From assembly GCF_964355755.1 (NCBI RefSeq), contig NC_092672.1:14508001-14572000 (forward strand): DNA of 64,000 nucleotides, read 5' to 3'. Made by a program: the position numbers and the translations under genes. A model generated the notes under the pieces. It saw only the letters and a list, made by a program, of their open reading frames with translations. It had not been told where the DNA came from and made no database searches. The DNA comes from Antedon mediterranea (Eukaryota > Animalia > Echinodermata). Below, one piece after another: positions 25,801 through 40,800 of the stretch (positions are counted from its first letter, which is position 1; every line of letters begins with the position of its first letter).

Positions 25801-28800
25801 ACCCACTTCTGGTTTATTGGCTTTTTCAATTTTGGTGCAAAATAATGCATTATTAAAATTGTGTGTTCAGTGTAGGTGGACCTATTATTTAAAACTACTT
25901 TATTAATAAAGTAATGTTAAGCTTCATACATTTTTTACAGTATTTACTGTATGTAATAGCTATTTCCAGTAGTTGCAAACACATTTGTAGTAGATATTTG
26001 TTCTAACAATAATACAGGGCTAAGTTATACTTATACTTAGGGTTGACCTAAACTCCAAGTAATAGGGATATTCGATAATTTATTATTTAAATGGCCTTGC
26101 TTCCCCTCAAACTGGTCCAAAATCCACAAATCTGAGGTCTGTATTCATGACAGAATATTCGGTAACAGTTTTTTGGTTGGTGACTTACCCGACGCTCAAT
26201 GAATTCTTTTAGATCTTCGTTAGAGTTTAAAAACTGTTTTAGTTCAAGACCAGATGCAGCCCATTGTTCAGCAATTACTGTAGCACCCTGTAAGAATACA
26301 CCAATCGGATATTGTTTACCAAGACTAACTAATTGTATCAATGAAATTCACAGTTCAAATTTAAATACATATACAGTACAGAAAACATGTACCATACCCT
26401 CGCAGTTTTTCCGCAGACAAAATTCAGACAAAACGCAGTTAATAAGGTAACGATAGGACAGCCTACATTCATTCAACCGTTACAGCATTGAGTAATTTTT
26501 CCGGTGAACTGTCTATGGGCTTTTATTTTAACCTCTGAAAGGACATTTTATCAACAAGACAAAAGGGTCAAGGCCTGTCAATACAAAATAATGTGTTTTT
26601 TTTATTTAAAAAAAAATCTGTGATCTCGTGCTTTAATCGGGAAAAATAACTAATTGAAATATTACTATTAATTAGAATGTCCTTTTTGCTACACGAAGAC
26701 AGTATGTGTGCAAGGGTAGATGTAGTGTTGGAGAAATATTGGTAGTTGATATATTATAGGTATTTATTCATAAAAAAACACATAAATGGTACAAAAAGAA
26801 GGCAGCCCAACGGCTGAAAAATTCTGCAAACAACGTAAAAATTAAAAAGACTCACAACAATATACTGTAATATATACAAGTACACAGTAAATCAGATCAT
26901 TAAAAAGCCGTTAAAATTCTTTAAAATGCCAAAAGACCCAGATAAACCAAAGCATGCAGTAATTACTAATTCGTTAATTATTATTAATGTAATAAACCTA
27001 CAAGGTTTTAGTTTTAGAAGCTTCATTCATTCTATCAATAATGTTAGGGATGGTAGAGCGTTTCCAACGATTAGTTTTATCAAATAAACTTACAATTTCT
27101 TTAGCTTGAGTTTTAAGTACTTCAGCTAGAAGCTGTCCAGATTTTCCTATAGCCTTCACAGGTTGTAACAAAGATAACAGGTTTTTCATTTCCATTGAAC
27201 CACCTGAAATGGCTGGAGATATAATCTGTGCTAGGTATTTCCAAATTAATGGAATATCAATAGCCATGTCTTCAGCAAATTCTAGTATAACTTGAAATCT
27301 ACAAGAAACAAATGAATTTAAAATTTGAATGTGATTATCTACTGGATCTTTGGACACAGCTATTATTTTTCCACATGTTTGCATGGCTCAATTTAGTACT
27401 AGCCTGGTGTATAATGGTAGACACGGTTTCATTATAATACAATCTATTGGTCAGTCACACCTCACAGAAAGGAGTAAAATAAACATACCCTTTATTATAA
27501 TCCATAACCTTTAACAACTTGCATGTAATTAATTCATTTAACAACTCCCCAACAACTTTCCTTGCTTGTTCCGTTTTCTCTAGAGTTTCTTCGATGGCTA
27601 CTCTGACAAACAGGTGCATTTGATTTGGATTCTCAAGTTCTGTCACGCATTCTATGGCTTCCTAAAAGTATAAGAACGGTTCAGAATAACAAGCGAGTCA
27701 TTATTTGAAATTATCAATATAATGTAAAAAAAATACATTAGTGTTTCCTATAGACCAAGCAATGTATATTTCTTTTTAAAACATTTATAAAGGTTTGTTG
27801 TGTTTGCCAGCTCGATTAGTGTGCCAAACAGATTTTGTTACTCTTTGAGTTGCTGAATAAAATAAGGGCCATTTCATATTTAGCTTTTGCAATTTCATAA
27901 TTACAAAAAAAGTGGCACTTATCTTATTTTAATTCAGCAAATCAAGAATTTAAAAAAAAAGCTGGAACTGATTATGTGACTAATAATAAATAAACTGAAA
28001 TACGATAAAGATATAAATAAAATGAATTATTATATAAATTATTTTACCTTTTTATCTTTAAGATGCATAAATTCATTAATAATTGCTTTCGATTTCTTAA
28101 GCATTTCTGGTTCTGTTAGCTCCTCACTTTTTGGTTGTACTGGAGGTGATGGTTCAACAACTTTAGCTGGACCTAATCAAGTAAATAATCAGTTTATGTT
28201 TAATATTAGTACTACTGTCTTGCATACAAGGATATGTTGAGTTGGAGAGATGATATTGTACATGTAATTTTAAACTATTATACGATTATGATTAAAATAA
28301 TTTGCGTTCACTCAGTTTATGTTGACAAGAGTACTAATAATACGCGTGGGAATCGAGTAGGCTAAAAGAACAAAATGCGACATGCAACAGCAGTGCAGGC
28401 TATTGTGTACTCGCCAATCACCGACTTCCTGTCTAGAGTAGTCATAGAACATGCCTTCGCTGGCGGTACTGCAAAGGGTGCTGTTTGTCACCGCGCTGGT
28501 GATACCATGGTCATTTGATATTATAGGATCGGGTATAATTAAGATTCCGAATTGCAGTTCCACGTTCAAATACCCTTTTTGTATACCGTAGGATTATTTT
28601 TAGAAGGCATAAATACAAAAAAAATCAAACCGCTCACTATTTCATTAAGGAAATCATGAACACACATTTGGTTTTTAATTGTTTTTTATTTTTTAGCAAT
28701 AATACATTCTTTCCAGCGTATTGTTTGCTTTGCTCAATTTGTTTTGATGAGATATTTATAAATAAGGGAGACCATCCCATGTTGGAGATGTTTTTCTCCA

Positions 28801-31800
28801 TACTTTACACTTGCCTCCGTTTTTGATCGATGACTCATGGCCAATGCACAAGGGAAAAATAATATTAATATTTGTTGTAATTGATTATAATTATTACCGT
28901 ACCGGAAGTAACTTCATCGTTTTGCTGTTTTCTAGTGCGCTATGCAGTATCCTTTTCGGCGAATTTTACATGCACGAGTACCATTTCTGGCCATCTAGGG
29001 GTGTCATTTAATTATTTATATTACATAGCCTATGTAAATACGCTAACGTGATTGGTTGAAACTGCATCACATGACTACCGCTGCGAGGATCGTAAATCGT
29101 ATATATCCTCGAGAACGATGATATTGACTGTGTAATTTTCGCGTAATTATCGTGTCCCCTGTCATTAAACATATAGATTCTCGAGTACGATGATATTGAC
29201 TGTGTAATTTTCATGTGCCAACACTCGCGTTGCCGATAAATAAACAAAAGTCATCTAATCGATCTTGAACTCGGGTGGAATTGTCACTCCATCGCAGGAC
29301 AACGCTTCAACCGCTGCGCCACAAAAGTTGCTTGAAGAAATTAATCATCTAAACTATTTAAACTATGCATACATAGCGCCCTCATTTGTTATAAGTCCAC
29401 CCTAAATGTGATGAAACACCGTTTGTGATTGGTCAATACTCACGGTAGTAACCTAGTAACTAGTACGCGCTGAACATCCGGTGATTCGGCTCCTCGAAGA
29501 TCGAGAAGAAGACAAATTGTTTATTCGGCCTACCTGATTATAATATTATTATTTTTAATAGGCTTATTGATGGAAATTCTTCTGTTAATTTAAACGACCT
29601 AGGCCTAAGTGAATATTTTATTGCCAAGGAATCATTAATTAGTAATTATCTGTATATTATTCTTCGCAAGGTAAGGTGTCTAGGCAGGCTTGTTTAAATA
29701 CAATACAAATACTATAGGAGGCTTAGCCTAGCTTCACCCAACCCAGCAGACTTGTTCTTGGCTATATAATATAACAGATATTGCCTTTTATATCGGTTAA
29801 ATATAATATTTGACATCCCCTCGGGAATGATATTAAGTTCTCGGGGAATATATATTTCCTCGAACTTAATATCATTCCCTCGGGGATGTCAAATCTTATA
29901 TTTAACCTCTAAGCAGTCAATATCTGTATAATAATATTGTTCAGTGTTTTTAAAATATTATTACAAAGAATTCATATTATATTTCTGTATTATTACAATT
30001 TTCAGGACATTCAAAGACAAATTTCAATTTCTAGTTCTTGAAAAAAGTAATTAATTTTCCATAACTTTCAAGGAATTTAAGGATGCTGAACCCTGAATAA
30101 TCAATACAAAATTCTTCATTTCATATGCTTACCTCTATTGCGCTCTTGAGATGCAGACATTCTTTTAACAGTGTCAATAGCTGCTTGCCTATCTTTATCA
30201 CGACTTGGTCGGTCATCCCTTTCTCTTGATCCTCGTTTAGTTTGTGAACTCCGACCCCCTCGAAAATCTCTTTCTCTACTATTTGTACCTAAACTCCTTT
30301 AACAAGAAAAATTCAAGATTTGGTCAATTAGAAATTTACAGTAATGCATATATTAAGTTACTTAAATAAGAAAATCAAAATATTTTATATTAAAAAAAAT
30401 CACTACTAGTCAGATATTGGAAATTTTTCTGGTTGAATACTTGTTATACTACAATTATTCTGAATGAATTAGGGTATTTATTAGGTTTCAGAAACATGCT
30501 GACGCGTGTTTGCCATTGTTTTCAGAATAAAACATTAATCAGCTATACAAACTAAATTTTTAGTGAATTAGATTGTGTGTAGATGGATTTTGCCTAAAAA
30601 AAATATTCGCATCTTTTGAGTTAAATTGCTTTTGTTACGGTATTTGAAAATAGCGTAAGAAATAATTTGTAGATCATGCCATAGAAATATGATTAAGCCT
30701 AGGTATAAACAAATATTGAGCCTTTACACTCATTGGTCGTCATCAAAGTTTGCAAAGTGTTACCTTCCAATGGGAGCAAATCGTCGTTCATCAGATAATG
30801 CAGAGAAGCGATTTGCAGCTGGACTTGAAGGCCTTTCTTGTGAACTGCTTGATGGCTTAGTTCCACCACCACTAGCTCCCCTTCCCCAACCACCAAATGA
30901 ACCTGGTCTACCACCTGGCCCCAATTGCACATTATCGTCAACGGCTTGCTAAAATAAAACAGAATGACTTAATTATTCCAAAAATTATCTTGCAATTGCC
31001 AATTTGTGTGTTAACCCTGTGTATGCAAGTGTGTGTGTGTAGAAGTAAAAAAACAAACATGTTTTACCTTGGTAACTTTGAATTTGTTTGGATCAACCTG
31101 TTGAGGACGTCCACTTCCTTTAGCAACTACATTCCATTCACCATCGTCCATTTGAAGGCTACCTCGATCATTGCGAACTACTGCACATTTGATAATCAAT
31201 TATTTATATTAACATTAAAAACAATTTTTTTCAATTTCAAAAAATATCATAGCAAAAGTTTTTTTATCTATTTTGAAACATGCTTTCACATAAATATCAT
31301 CAGCGGCACCACGTAGACACACTAACCGCGTAGTCATTTGTCATTACCATGCGTTTCGTGAAAAACATGGTTTAGTAGAGAGCTTCACAAAACACAATTT
31401 TAGCTTAAAGACATTTTCATTTCTATATTTTATTTACACGCCTGTAATGCTAGACAATTCAGCTATTAAAAGGTGTAAACTTGTTAATTAATGAACTAGC
31501 AAGTTAAGGCTGAGCATTGGTGTCACTTTGTAAAAACACAAAATCCATTTCACACGAGTAGTGTCTGCAGCCACATTGGTGTCACTTTGTGGAATTACTG
31601 ACGATATAATACATGATTATATGTGGAAACAAAATTCAAGGGGAAAATTTGTACATTTTAAATTTGTATGGTGTAGATGGTATGGTTACAGTTAGGAATA
31701 CAGTACATTTGCATACCTCTGTTAGCTTTTCTGTTAGCTTGGGCTTGTACTGCCTCCACCTTTTTCATCACCGCTTCTTCGCGAGCTTCTTGATGAATCT

Positions 31801-34800
31801 GATCTATTGTTTTTGGCTTACTATCTTCTCGTCTTGGTATCCAATTGTTCTAATAAATAAAGGAAGGGAGATATTTACTTCTATGGGCAAATTATGTAGA
31901 CTAATATTTGGATTTTGTGCACAAACAAATGTAGACCTACTTACCTCTCTAAGTTCAATTACATCTTGCAGCATAAATCGTATACGATTGCTATTTTTTT
32001 TACTTCTGATAATTCTATCCATCTGATTGAAGTACTGATCCATACGAAACTGTACAAAAGAAAATACATATATTATATCAAATAAGTTCAGATAAATTCC
32101 ATTATAAATTAGTTCTCCTTGTCCATTCCTATCAAAGTTAGACAACTGAAAAGGTACAATTCTATGACCTTTAAAAAAGTTAATCAGAGGTTGACAGCAA
32201 AGACTAAATATAGGCGTGCATACCTTGGCTTTTTCATGATCTAGCTCCTTTCCAATAGTGCTTAGAAGCTTGGTCATACACTCCAATGATTCATCATCAG
32301 CTGCTTTAAGCAGTTGTACCAAACAGTTGTGCATAATGTGTTCAGTTAACATTTTAATTTTAAATAATTCACCAATGAACTTAATATTTCCAAGTGACCG
32401 TCGCTTTGCCGCAATCACTTCTAATTCAAACGCATCTTTCTTCGAGTCTCGTTCATTTTCCTGCATGATAAAAAAAAAAATGTTTATATATATAAAACCA
32501 TTGCTGTACCATCAGGAGTTGCAGGAAATTAATTTCTTATACCATGGCTGCAAATTAAGGGGTTATTTTTGGGAATAACTGTCATGTTTCAGCTCATGCA
32601 GGAGGAGAATATTAAAATTTACTCTTTTTTTTTTACTATGTTCTGAATAAATGTCTGATTAATATATACATCACAAACTAAGAACCGATTTTACAGATAC
32701 CAACTTTCAGTCAAAGCGATAGTAATGATATCCTGCATCATTTTCACAAACAAATCAGTGCTTGCAAAATAGTCTGCCCAGGGCAATTGAAAAATCATGT
32801 CAGGCATTCTCTACGAAAATAAATTAATAGCAGGGAAGACTATCAAGATGACGACGGTGGGTGGCGCTGCAAGGTTGGTAGCCAACCAAAAAATGCCATC
32901 AACCTGCCTGAGTGACTCCTAGTTCACAAATGGTTTGGAATAGGCTTATTGAAGTAGTCATTTTAAAACTTAATAATTTTCAATAGAAACAAACTAAAAT
33001 TTCAAAAGATCACTACATATTTGTTTTTAATAATCTATTTATTTTTCAACTACAGTTGAAGTTAAAAAAAATCAATCTAAGATACATAATTTGATAGAAA
33101 CACAAATCTATAGTGTTTATCAACATATAGCGTTGAACGCATTTTTGGTTGCGCCAGCTACCATTGTGACGTCAGCACCGCAGAACTCTACATAGTTTTA
33201 TAAACTGTGTGAAAGGCAAGACACCCCAGATTAGGTACATGAATGCATGTCAAACCAACAAACAAACTTTCCCACAAAGAAGAGGCTTGGTTTGTAAACA
33301 TTCGCCAACACAATTTTGTCAAGACTTTGGAAGCTCATAACTCAGGATTGGTATTAGCTGTCGAGTTTCGAGGTCACCCTGTGTTCAGACAAAGTAGAAT
33401 ATACATTTCATATTTTGGGTACTTTATCTCACGAAATAAGTCTTACGTGATCTCTATACTATGGCCTGGAATAAGTTAGAATTCCCAATTTGAGTTATAA
33501 ACTTTTAAAGTCTAAGGAAATTACGTTTGCACATTTTTAAGAATGTCTCAGAAAGTACATAAATTGTACAAGGCAAATTTTTTTTTCACATAGTGGATCA
33601 AACTTGTGCATTGTTTTATCAAGAGTATAATGCTTTAAAATTTACTGCTTTTAACAATATACAACACGCTAGAAATAAAGAATTCCTAATTTTAAAATAT
33701 TAATGTTTTTAGTTATATGAAAAATCATGAATTATAGATTAATGTTACAGTAATATTACTGTTGAATAAAACTAGATACATACTGGAAGAAGTTCTATTT
33801 CTTTTCTTTTCTCTTTTAATAGATTTTCATCTTTTGATTCACTTTCAAATTCCCGTTGACATCGATTTAGTAACAACTTCCGAAATTGTACTATTTGACC
33901 TTCTTTTCCTGCAATGGGCACTTCAATCTATAATATAAATTTAAAAATATATATTTATATTAAATTTTCCACCAGGCTATTACAGAATATTGACGAACAT
34001 TTAAGGTAAAATAAATCTGAATTCTGCATTCAGTTGAGTAGTTCAGTATACATAGATTTTGTGGGCTGTGTAACACTGCTATAGATTTTGTGGGCTGTGT
34101 AACACTGCTATAGATTGTGGGCTGTGTAACACTGCTATAGATTGTGGGCTGTGTAACACTGCTATAGATTGTGGGCTGTGTAACACTGCTATAGATTGTG
34201 GGCTGTGTAACACTGCTATAGATTGTGGGCTGTGTAACACTGCTATAGATTGTGGGCTGTGTAACACTGCTATAGATTGTGGGCTGTGTAACACTGCTAT
34301 AGATTGTGGGCTGTGTAACACTGCTATAGATTGTGGGCTGTGTAACACTGCTATAGATTGTGGGCTGTGTAACACTGCTATAGATTGTGGGCTGTGTAAC
34401 ACTGCTATAGATTGTGGGCTGTGTAACACTGCTATAGATTGTGGGCTGTGTAACACTGCTACAGATTGTGGGCTGTGTAACACTGCTATAGATTTTGTGG
34501 GCTGTGTAACACTGCTATAGATTTCTGCCTTGACATATGTTAATGCTAACCCTCAATGGAATTATCTTTCAACATACTTACCTGTGATAACATCCGACAC
34601 ATGTGTGCATAAGCAACACTGAAGTTAGGTTCACTCAAAGCCTGGAATTAAACAATAGTTGATACATGTAAGTAGGCCTAGTAGCCGAATAAATAATTAA
34701 ACAATTTCAACTGTTAACTGACATAATATTTATTCTGCAGTATTATTAGAGAAACTATTGCCATTCTTATCTTTTTTTTCTGATGCCAAAAAATTATATT

Positions 34801-37800
34801 AATTAAGGAAACAAACATTAGGATTAATGCATATAAAATCTTGTCTGTTTTTAAAAGTGTGAACACAAAATACCTTCTCAAATATGAGGTCAATGACACC
34901 AATAAGTCGTTCCTCTGTGTTAATTTGCAGCTCTAGTGCCTGGTTGGTTAATTTTTGAAACTTCTGGGGTGCTAACTTGTTTAAAATTCCCTTAAATTTC
35001 CTGTAAACTTCCTACAAGACAACAAAGACAAATGAAGACAAAATGTTTTAGTTTAAATAGGACAAGTATATATTGGGGATTATTAATGTGTTAATAAAAA
35101 AGATATTTATTAAAAAGTTATAGTAATTGTAGTTCAACACCCTGCAATTATCCACCCACTTACAGGAGGTTGCCACTTGTGCCTTGTTTCATAAGGAACT
35201 TTTTTAATGAATTTAGTCACGTAACCTAACCTAACTTTCATTTTTACCTTTTTATTTTATCAATTCATTTATGTTTGTAATGACATTATACCTGTGTTTG
35301 CAATTCATTATCAGAGACACCAGTTGTGCTACCTGGTTTCCAAGCATTTTCAGATTTCTTCAGTTCTACTTCCGAGGACTTTGAATTAATAACTTTCCTT
35401 CCAGCAATGACACGTCCTACTTTGCTGGAGTTTCTTGAATTAAAATTTGGTTGTTGCCCCTGTTATTGAAACAATATATAGATTAGGATCATTTAAATAT
35501 TAAATTGTCAATGGTGAAGTTTAGAAAAAATATATTCAAAAACTAATTTTTTACTTAAAAAATCAATTTCCTTATAAATTAAGCGTATTTGATTACTAAT
35601 TTGTCATTTAAAAATTGGCTTTCAAAATTATGTTATATTATATATATATATATATATTATATTACTATGAATAATAGAACTGCTTAATAGGTGATAAAAT
35701 ATATCTACAGGACTGTGCTAGAATTGAATATGTATAATATATAGCTTTAAACAGGCTCAGTGTTTATAATGAATTTTTATTTGGAATATGCTCATTCAAG
35801 GGTTACTTTACAATCTGACAAAAACAATTGATCTTTAGCAAAAAAAGAAACTCACTCGTATGATTGGAGACTTGAGATACATAGGCATGAAATCATTTTG
35901 CTTGTTACTCTTGATATCTAAACGAATCAGTGAACCTATATTTGCCTAAGAAAATAAAGAACAAGTAAAATAACGCATTGTATTTGAAAATAAAATGCTA
36001 TGGTAAATCTCCTACAAATTTTGCCTATATTTATATATCCTTTTTCAAGTTTGTTTGTTGTACATATTTTTGCTATTCCACGCAAAAAATAATAAGCTCT
36101 TACAGTATCTAGTACTACTTCTGGAATCTTTGGAAGCCCATCAGGTTTTTCAATGCAGTTATCTTTAAACTGCATCAGAAATTCACGGTCATATTGCCTC
36201 TTGCCCTCCAAGTTTATAGGGCTCCATTGATCTGCAAGAAACCATTAAGTAAATGTAAAATCTAAATTGTTTTTATTACAATAGGGAAATGAATATGTTT
36301 TAAATCTCTTGTCATTTTAACACCTGTATAATTTCTTTCTTTAAACTATGGACATACACAATACTAATTTAACAATTCTTGCCTAACAGCCCTTATCAAC
36401 TTCATTTTTGCTCACTGGTATGAACAACACGTTTAAGCCATTGTTAATTTTTTATTTTAAAATGATATTAATGAAAAGGATGTTATTCTATAATTCATTA
36501 TATCTATATATATATTGAGCTTTGATTAGAAATAAAATGTAAAATAAAAATGCACAATCTATCTGTAATTTATCTCCTTTATCTATTTCCGAATAACTGC
36601 TAGGCTACCTAGACTGGGTTTCTGCAAGTCCCAGACCAAGACAGTTCAGATGAACTGGGCTGAAAATGTTTTTAAAATTACTATTAGTGTTGATGATACC
36701 CAAGGAGCAAAGTTTCACCTTACCTTCCCTATACTTGTATTTCAGTTCTATCTTATTATCTTTAACATTAGGTTTTGTATCCTCTTCATTAACTTTTGAG
36801 TTTTCTGTAACATCATTTGTGTTGGGAGCCGTATTTTCTTTTTCCTCTTCTTCAAGTACTTTTGCAGTTTTTATTTCTATTTCAGTTGATGAAACATCTG
36901 TTTCTGCTTCTAATTCCTTTTTGTCAGTATTTAATACTTCTTTTTCAGTTTGATCTGTTACATTTGTATTTGCAATTTCATCTGTTTTCAATTGGTTTTG
37001 AGTAGATACATTTTTATCGGCTATACTATCATTTGCTATACTTGTATCTACATTAGTTCTATCTTGAGTTGTGTTTACAATTTGATCAGGACTAGATTTC
37101 TCATTAATTTCTGTGTTCTTGTTTTCAATGACAGATGGGTCTTTAACTTCCATTTCTTTAGTTGTATCTGTTGGTTTTACTTGTTCTTTTGTTTCAGGTA
37201 ACAATTCAGTTTCTTGTATTACATTGGTACTTTCCTATGGAGAAAAATATAGTATTAATTATCTAGAAATATTTTTAGACCACACATTATCACAATAATT
37301 ACATATTGTGTAATCTTCCAGTTGCAATGCTTCTTGTGTGTGTTTCTTTACAATGAATTTAACTTTACCTCTATGTGTTCTTCAGTTCGATAAGCTGAAA
37401 ACATGTCATCATCTTTTGCTAGTTTCTTATCAAGCTCTTGCATACGCTTTTTCGATTTCTTTTTACTTTCTTTCACTGGATTAAAGAATGTTTACTACAT
37501 GGTTAAGATTTTAAGAACAAAGTACAAGTATTATGTTTTTATAACTTGTTATTCTCGCAAGTGTTTGTGAAAATAGTGTTGCTATTAAAAACCACTAAAT
37601 AAGATATAATATAATATATAATATAATAAAAAAAACCATATAACTTTTTTAACAATTTAAATGATGGACTCTGAAAGTAGAACCAAAACTTAGCTAGTAG
37701 AGCAATTTTTCAGCCTCATTCCAACATGCATTGCTCACGGATTGATATTATCATATTGTGATGTGATGTACTTAAATCGATCACGTGAAAGGTAAACAAA

Positions 37801-40800
37801 TAAAAGAACCGTAACTCTTCAGTGAAAATACCAGGTCGCTGATTTTGCCAAGACAATTTAGAAATGAGACGTCAGGCTACAGTACAGAAAGAAATTACTG
37901 CTTTGTATCTATGCGTAACCTTTCGTAGCCTACGCACAAGTCTACGCTCACGCTAAGGTCAAATTTTCTTTCGCAAAATTTGCAAAAGGTCGCAAATTTT
38001 AAAAACCATGAAAAGGGCTAAATTTTTTGGTAGATATATTAAATAAATATATAGATTGTTGTCTTGTATTGTTTTTACTTTATTCATTCAAAATTTGTGA
38101 TTAAAATTAAAATAAAACATGACCACATTAAAATATGTTAGGCCTATCTACTGCAGCCTCACCGGTCTGACGCGATACCAGTCGCCACGGCCATAGCCTA
38201 GGCTCGCACTGGCCGATCGCCAAGTCGCCATGGGCGAAAACGTTTCTAGATTGGCGAAAAATAAAACGGCTACTTTAGCCATTTTGGCGATGACATATGA
38301 TAAAATAGATAATTAAATAATCATTTTGGCGAAAGCATAAAGTCCAACTAAAAGGTCCATTTGTCGATCTCCAAGCATTTATTTTGTTCGTTATCACGTT
38401 GTTTACTTTAAGTTTAAGCTCCATTTTTCGTAAACTTGTTTCGTTGTACCAGGCGTCTCTTTGTTATTTCAAAAAGATGGATAGCAGAGGTAGACTGCAC
38501 AGAGAGAAAAACGTTACACGACACATGGATGATGAAGTCTACCCAAACTATCACGTGTTGTGCGCTGCACAAACGATCGACTACGTAGCCGACGGTCGGC
38601 TAATTACCGGGATTGTCTATTTTTTCGATAGGGGTGTACTTTTCAGATTAAAAAGAAACATTATAGTATCTTCGATGAATGACGTCTTAATCTTATCGAA
38701 ATCAAAAATGTATGCGTTATGCATTTTAGAGTCTTCCAATTTAATGTAGTTTCATATTTTAGCCTTAATAAACTTCCCTCGTGCGTCAGTAGTGTAAACA
38801 AAACAACATGCGGGAAATGGTAGAGTCTAACGGGGATTTAGCTAAACACACACGTACGTGCATCTGAGCGGGGCCGGTCGGCCGGCTTCTGTGTTGTTTT
38901 GTGTAAATAAATAATAATCGGATAAATTTCTCGCCCTGACAGAAACGCTTCGGCGCAGCCTTGAGGGATGGAAAGACGTGTACTATGTGCTTTGGCCTAT
39001 ATTATCTTACTTTTAACAACGATACGAGTGTTCGTTTGCTAGGAATTTTCCTCAATATTTTTAGCATACGATATACAGTTGCGTTGTTGTACATAATTTT
39101 GTAGGCCTAGGCCGGCGGTTCTGCACTTTCGCACCTCTTGAGCATACCCAATTTAAAAACATTAACCCGCTGCGCGGCGGTGATTCTAGGACACGATTTT
39201 CGCCTGGTACGCCATGGAAGCCGTCACACGCAAACATGACCAGCCAAGCGTAAAAAACAAAAGTAACATAGCGTTCAGGGGATTTCAGAAAACTGTTAAA
39301 TGTTTCTTATTACAGTAAATTGATAACTGTATAAATGCTGTATGATTAAAAACAATTTGAAGAATTGTTTTGATCATGTAAAAAAAATACTAAAAAAAAT
39401 ATTTTTTTTAATCATACAGTGATTTAGGCATGGTTCTTTATCTCAATGCCTTACAAAAATGTTCAGGGAACAGTGTATAGACCTGTTGACATAGATAAAT
39501 TGACTAAAATATTTTTACCACTATATTTCCAAAATTTTAAATTTTGTCTATAAACCGATTCATTTGGCTAAATAAAAAAATTTGACTTTAGCCATTTTGG
39601 CTATAGATAAACTGATTTGACTAAAAAAAATATTTTGACTTTCGCCAAATGGCTAAACAAAATGAAATGTTAGTGCTACCCCAGATAGCCTATAGCAGGC
39701 CTATTCAACGGTTGACTATGCCACAGCCGAGTCATGTATGATCGGCTTCAGGCCTGTATCAATTATCGGCAATGCAGCCTGCCTGGATAAAGTTTTTCAT
39801 CACAAACAATATAAAATAATAAATAGTTTTTGTTTGTGTTTTATATGCTTCTTATTCACTCGCCAAAACATCGTAACACACCACAAACGAACTACGACGT
39901 CGGCAGAATGTCCATGCAGCATGTTTGTTATTTCGCGATATTTTCATCTATACACATGCGCAGTTTGTTTGTAATTACAATTACTGCGCATGTTTATTCA
40001 TAAAATAAATTCTCCTTAGTCGGCCGCGTGTACATTTACAGATAACGTGATTTACAACTACTCGCCTGTACAATTTAATAAGCCTTCTAACGGAAAACTC
40101 GTTTTAATTTGTTCGAATGACGCAAAAAAAACGTCATTGATAGCAAGTAACGCTACATCGCTGTCACGTATTATAGGCTGGCGACGGCGGCGGCAAAGTT
40201 GTGGTTTACATAAAACTTTAACATTTGAAGCCTAACTAAGAGGACAAAGTTTGAGTTTCTAAGGAAAAATTATTTTTGCAAGTTTTGCGAATGATATAAT
40301 TTTGTTTTCGCAAATTGACTACTCCAATCGCAATTTGCGAAAACACGAATGGGTAGCGTGAGCATAGCAAGTAGATCGTAGGTCATTATTCTCTGAATGT
40401 AGCCTACGAAGTATTGTTCATAGCCTACGATGTATTGTTATGTTAATCGTAGGGTGGTATACGAAGTATTGTTCGTAGCCTACAATGTATTGAATTACGA
40501 TAATCGTAGGGTGGTTCGTAGGGTTAGTAAACACCATTTTCATCACCTTTAGAAGCATGGACAATGTAAACAAACAATTTAATGTTTGCTAATTAAAATC
40601 CTATCTAAAGCTAGAAGACGTCAATTTTTGTAGCCGCCCTACACACAGGCTATCATAATTTGGCCGGACATCCGCCGGCGAGACGACATCGGGCCCCGTA
40701 AACCTCAGCTCTCGCAGACAGAATTTCGGCGGCCTACACTATAAATTATTTAATCCTACCTTGGGTAAAAAAAATTATTATTATGACATGTGTAAAGGAA

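Noticed and set aside
29260-29323. tRNA gene
   Set aside because: A/B boxes only; acceptor and anticodon stems do not form.
32700-32800. Possible intronic C/D snoRNA on the minus strand (two CTGA, ATGATGC, 11-nt 28S-like antisense ATTACTATCGC)
   Set aside because: C box is poor, there is no terminal stem, and the putative guide is not adjacent to the D box. A snoscan/Infernal hit would be needed.
34079-34483. 134-aa (VLHSPQSIA)n ORF on the eIF4G strand
   Set aside because: Minisatellite inside an intron; the flanking exons already join in frame.
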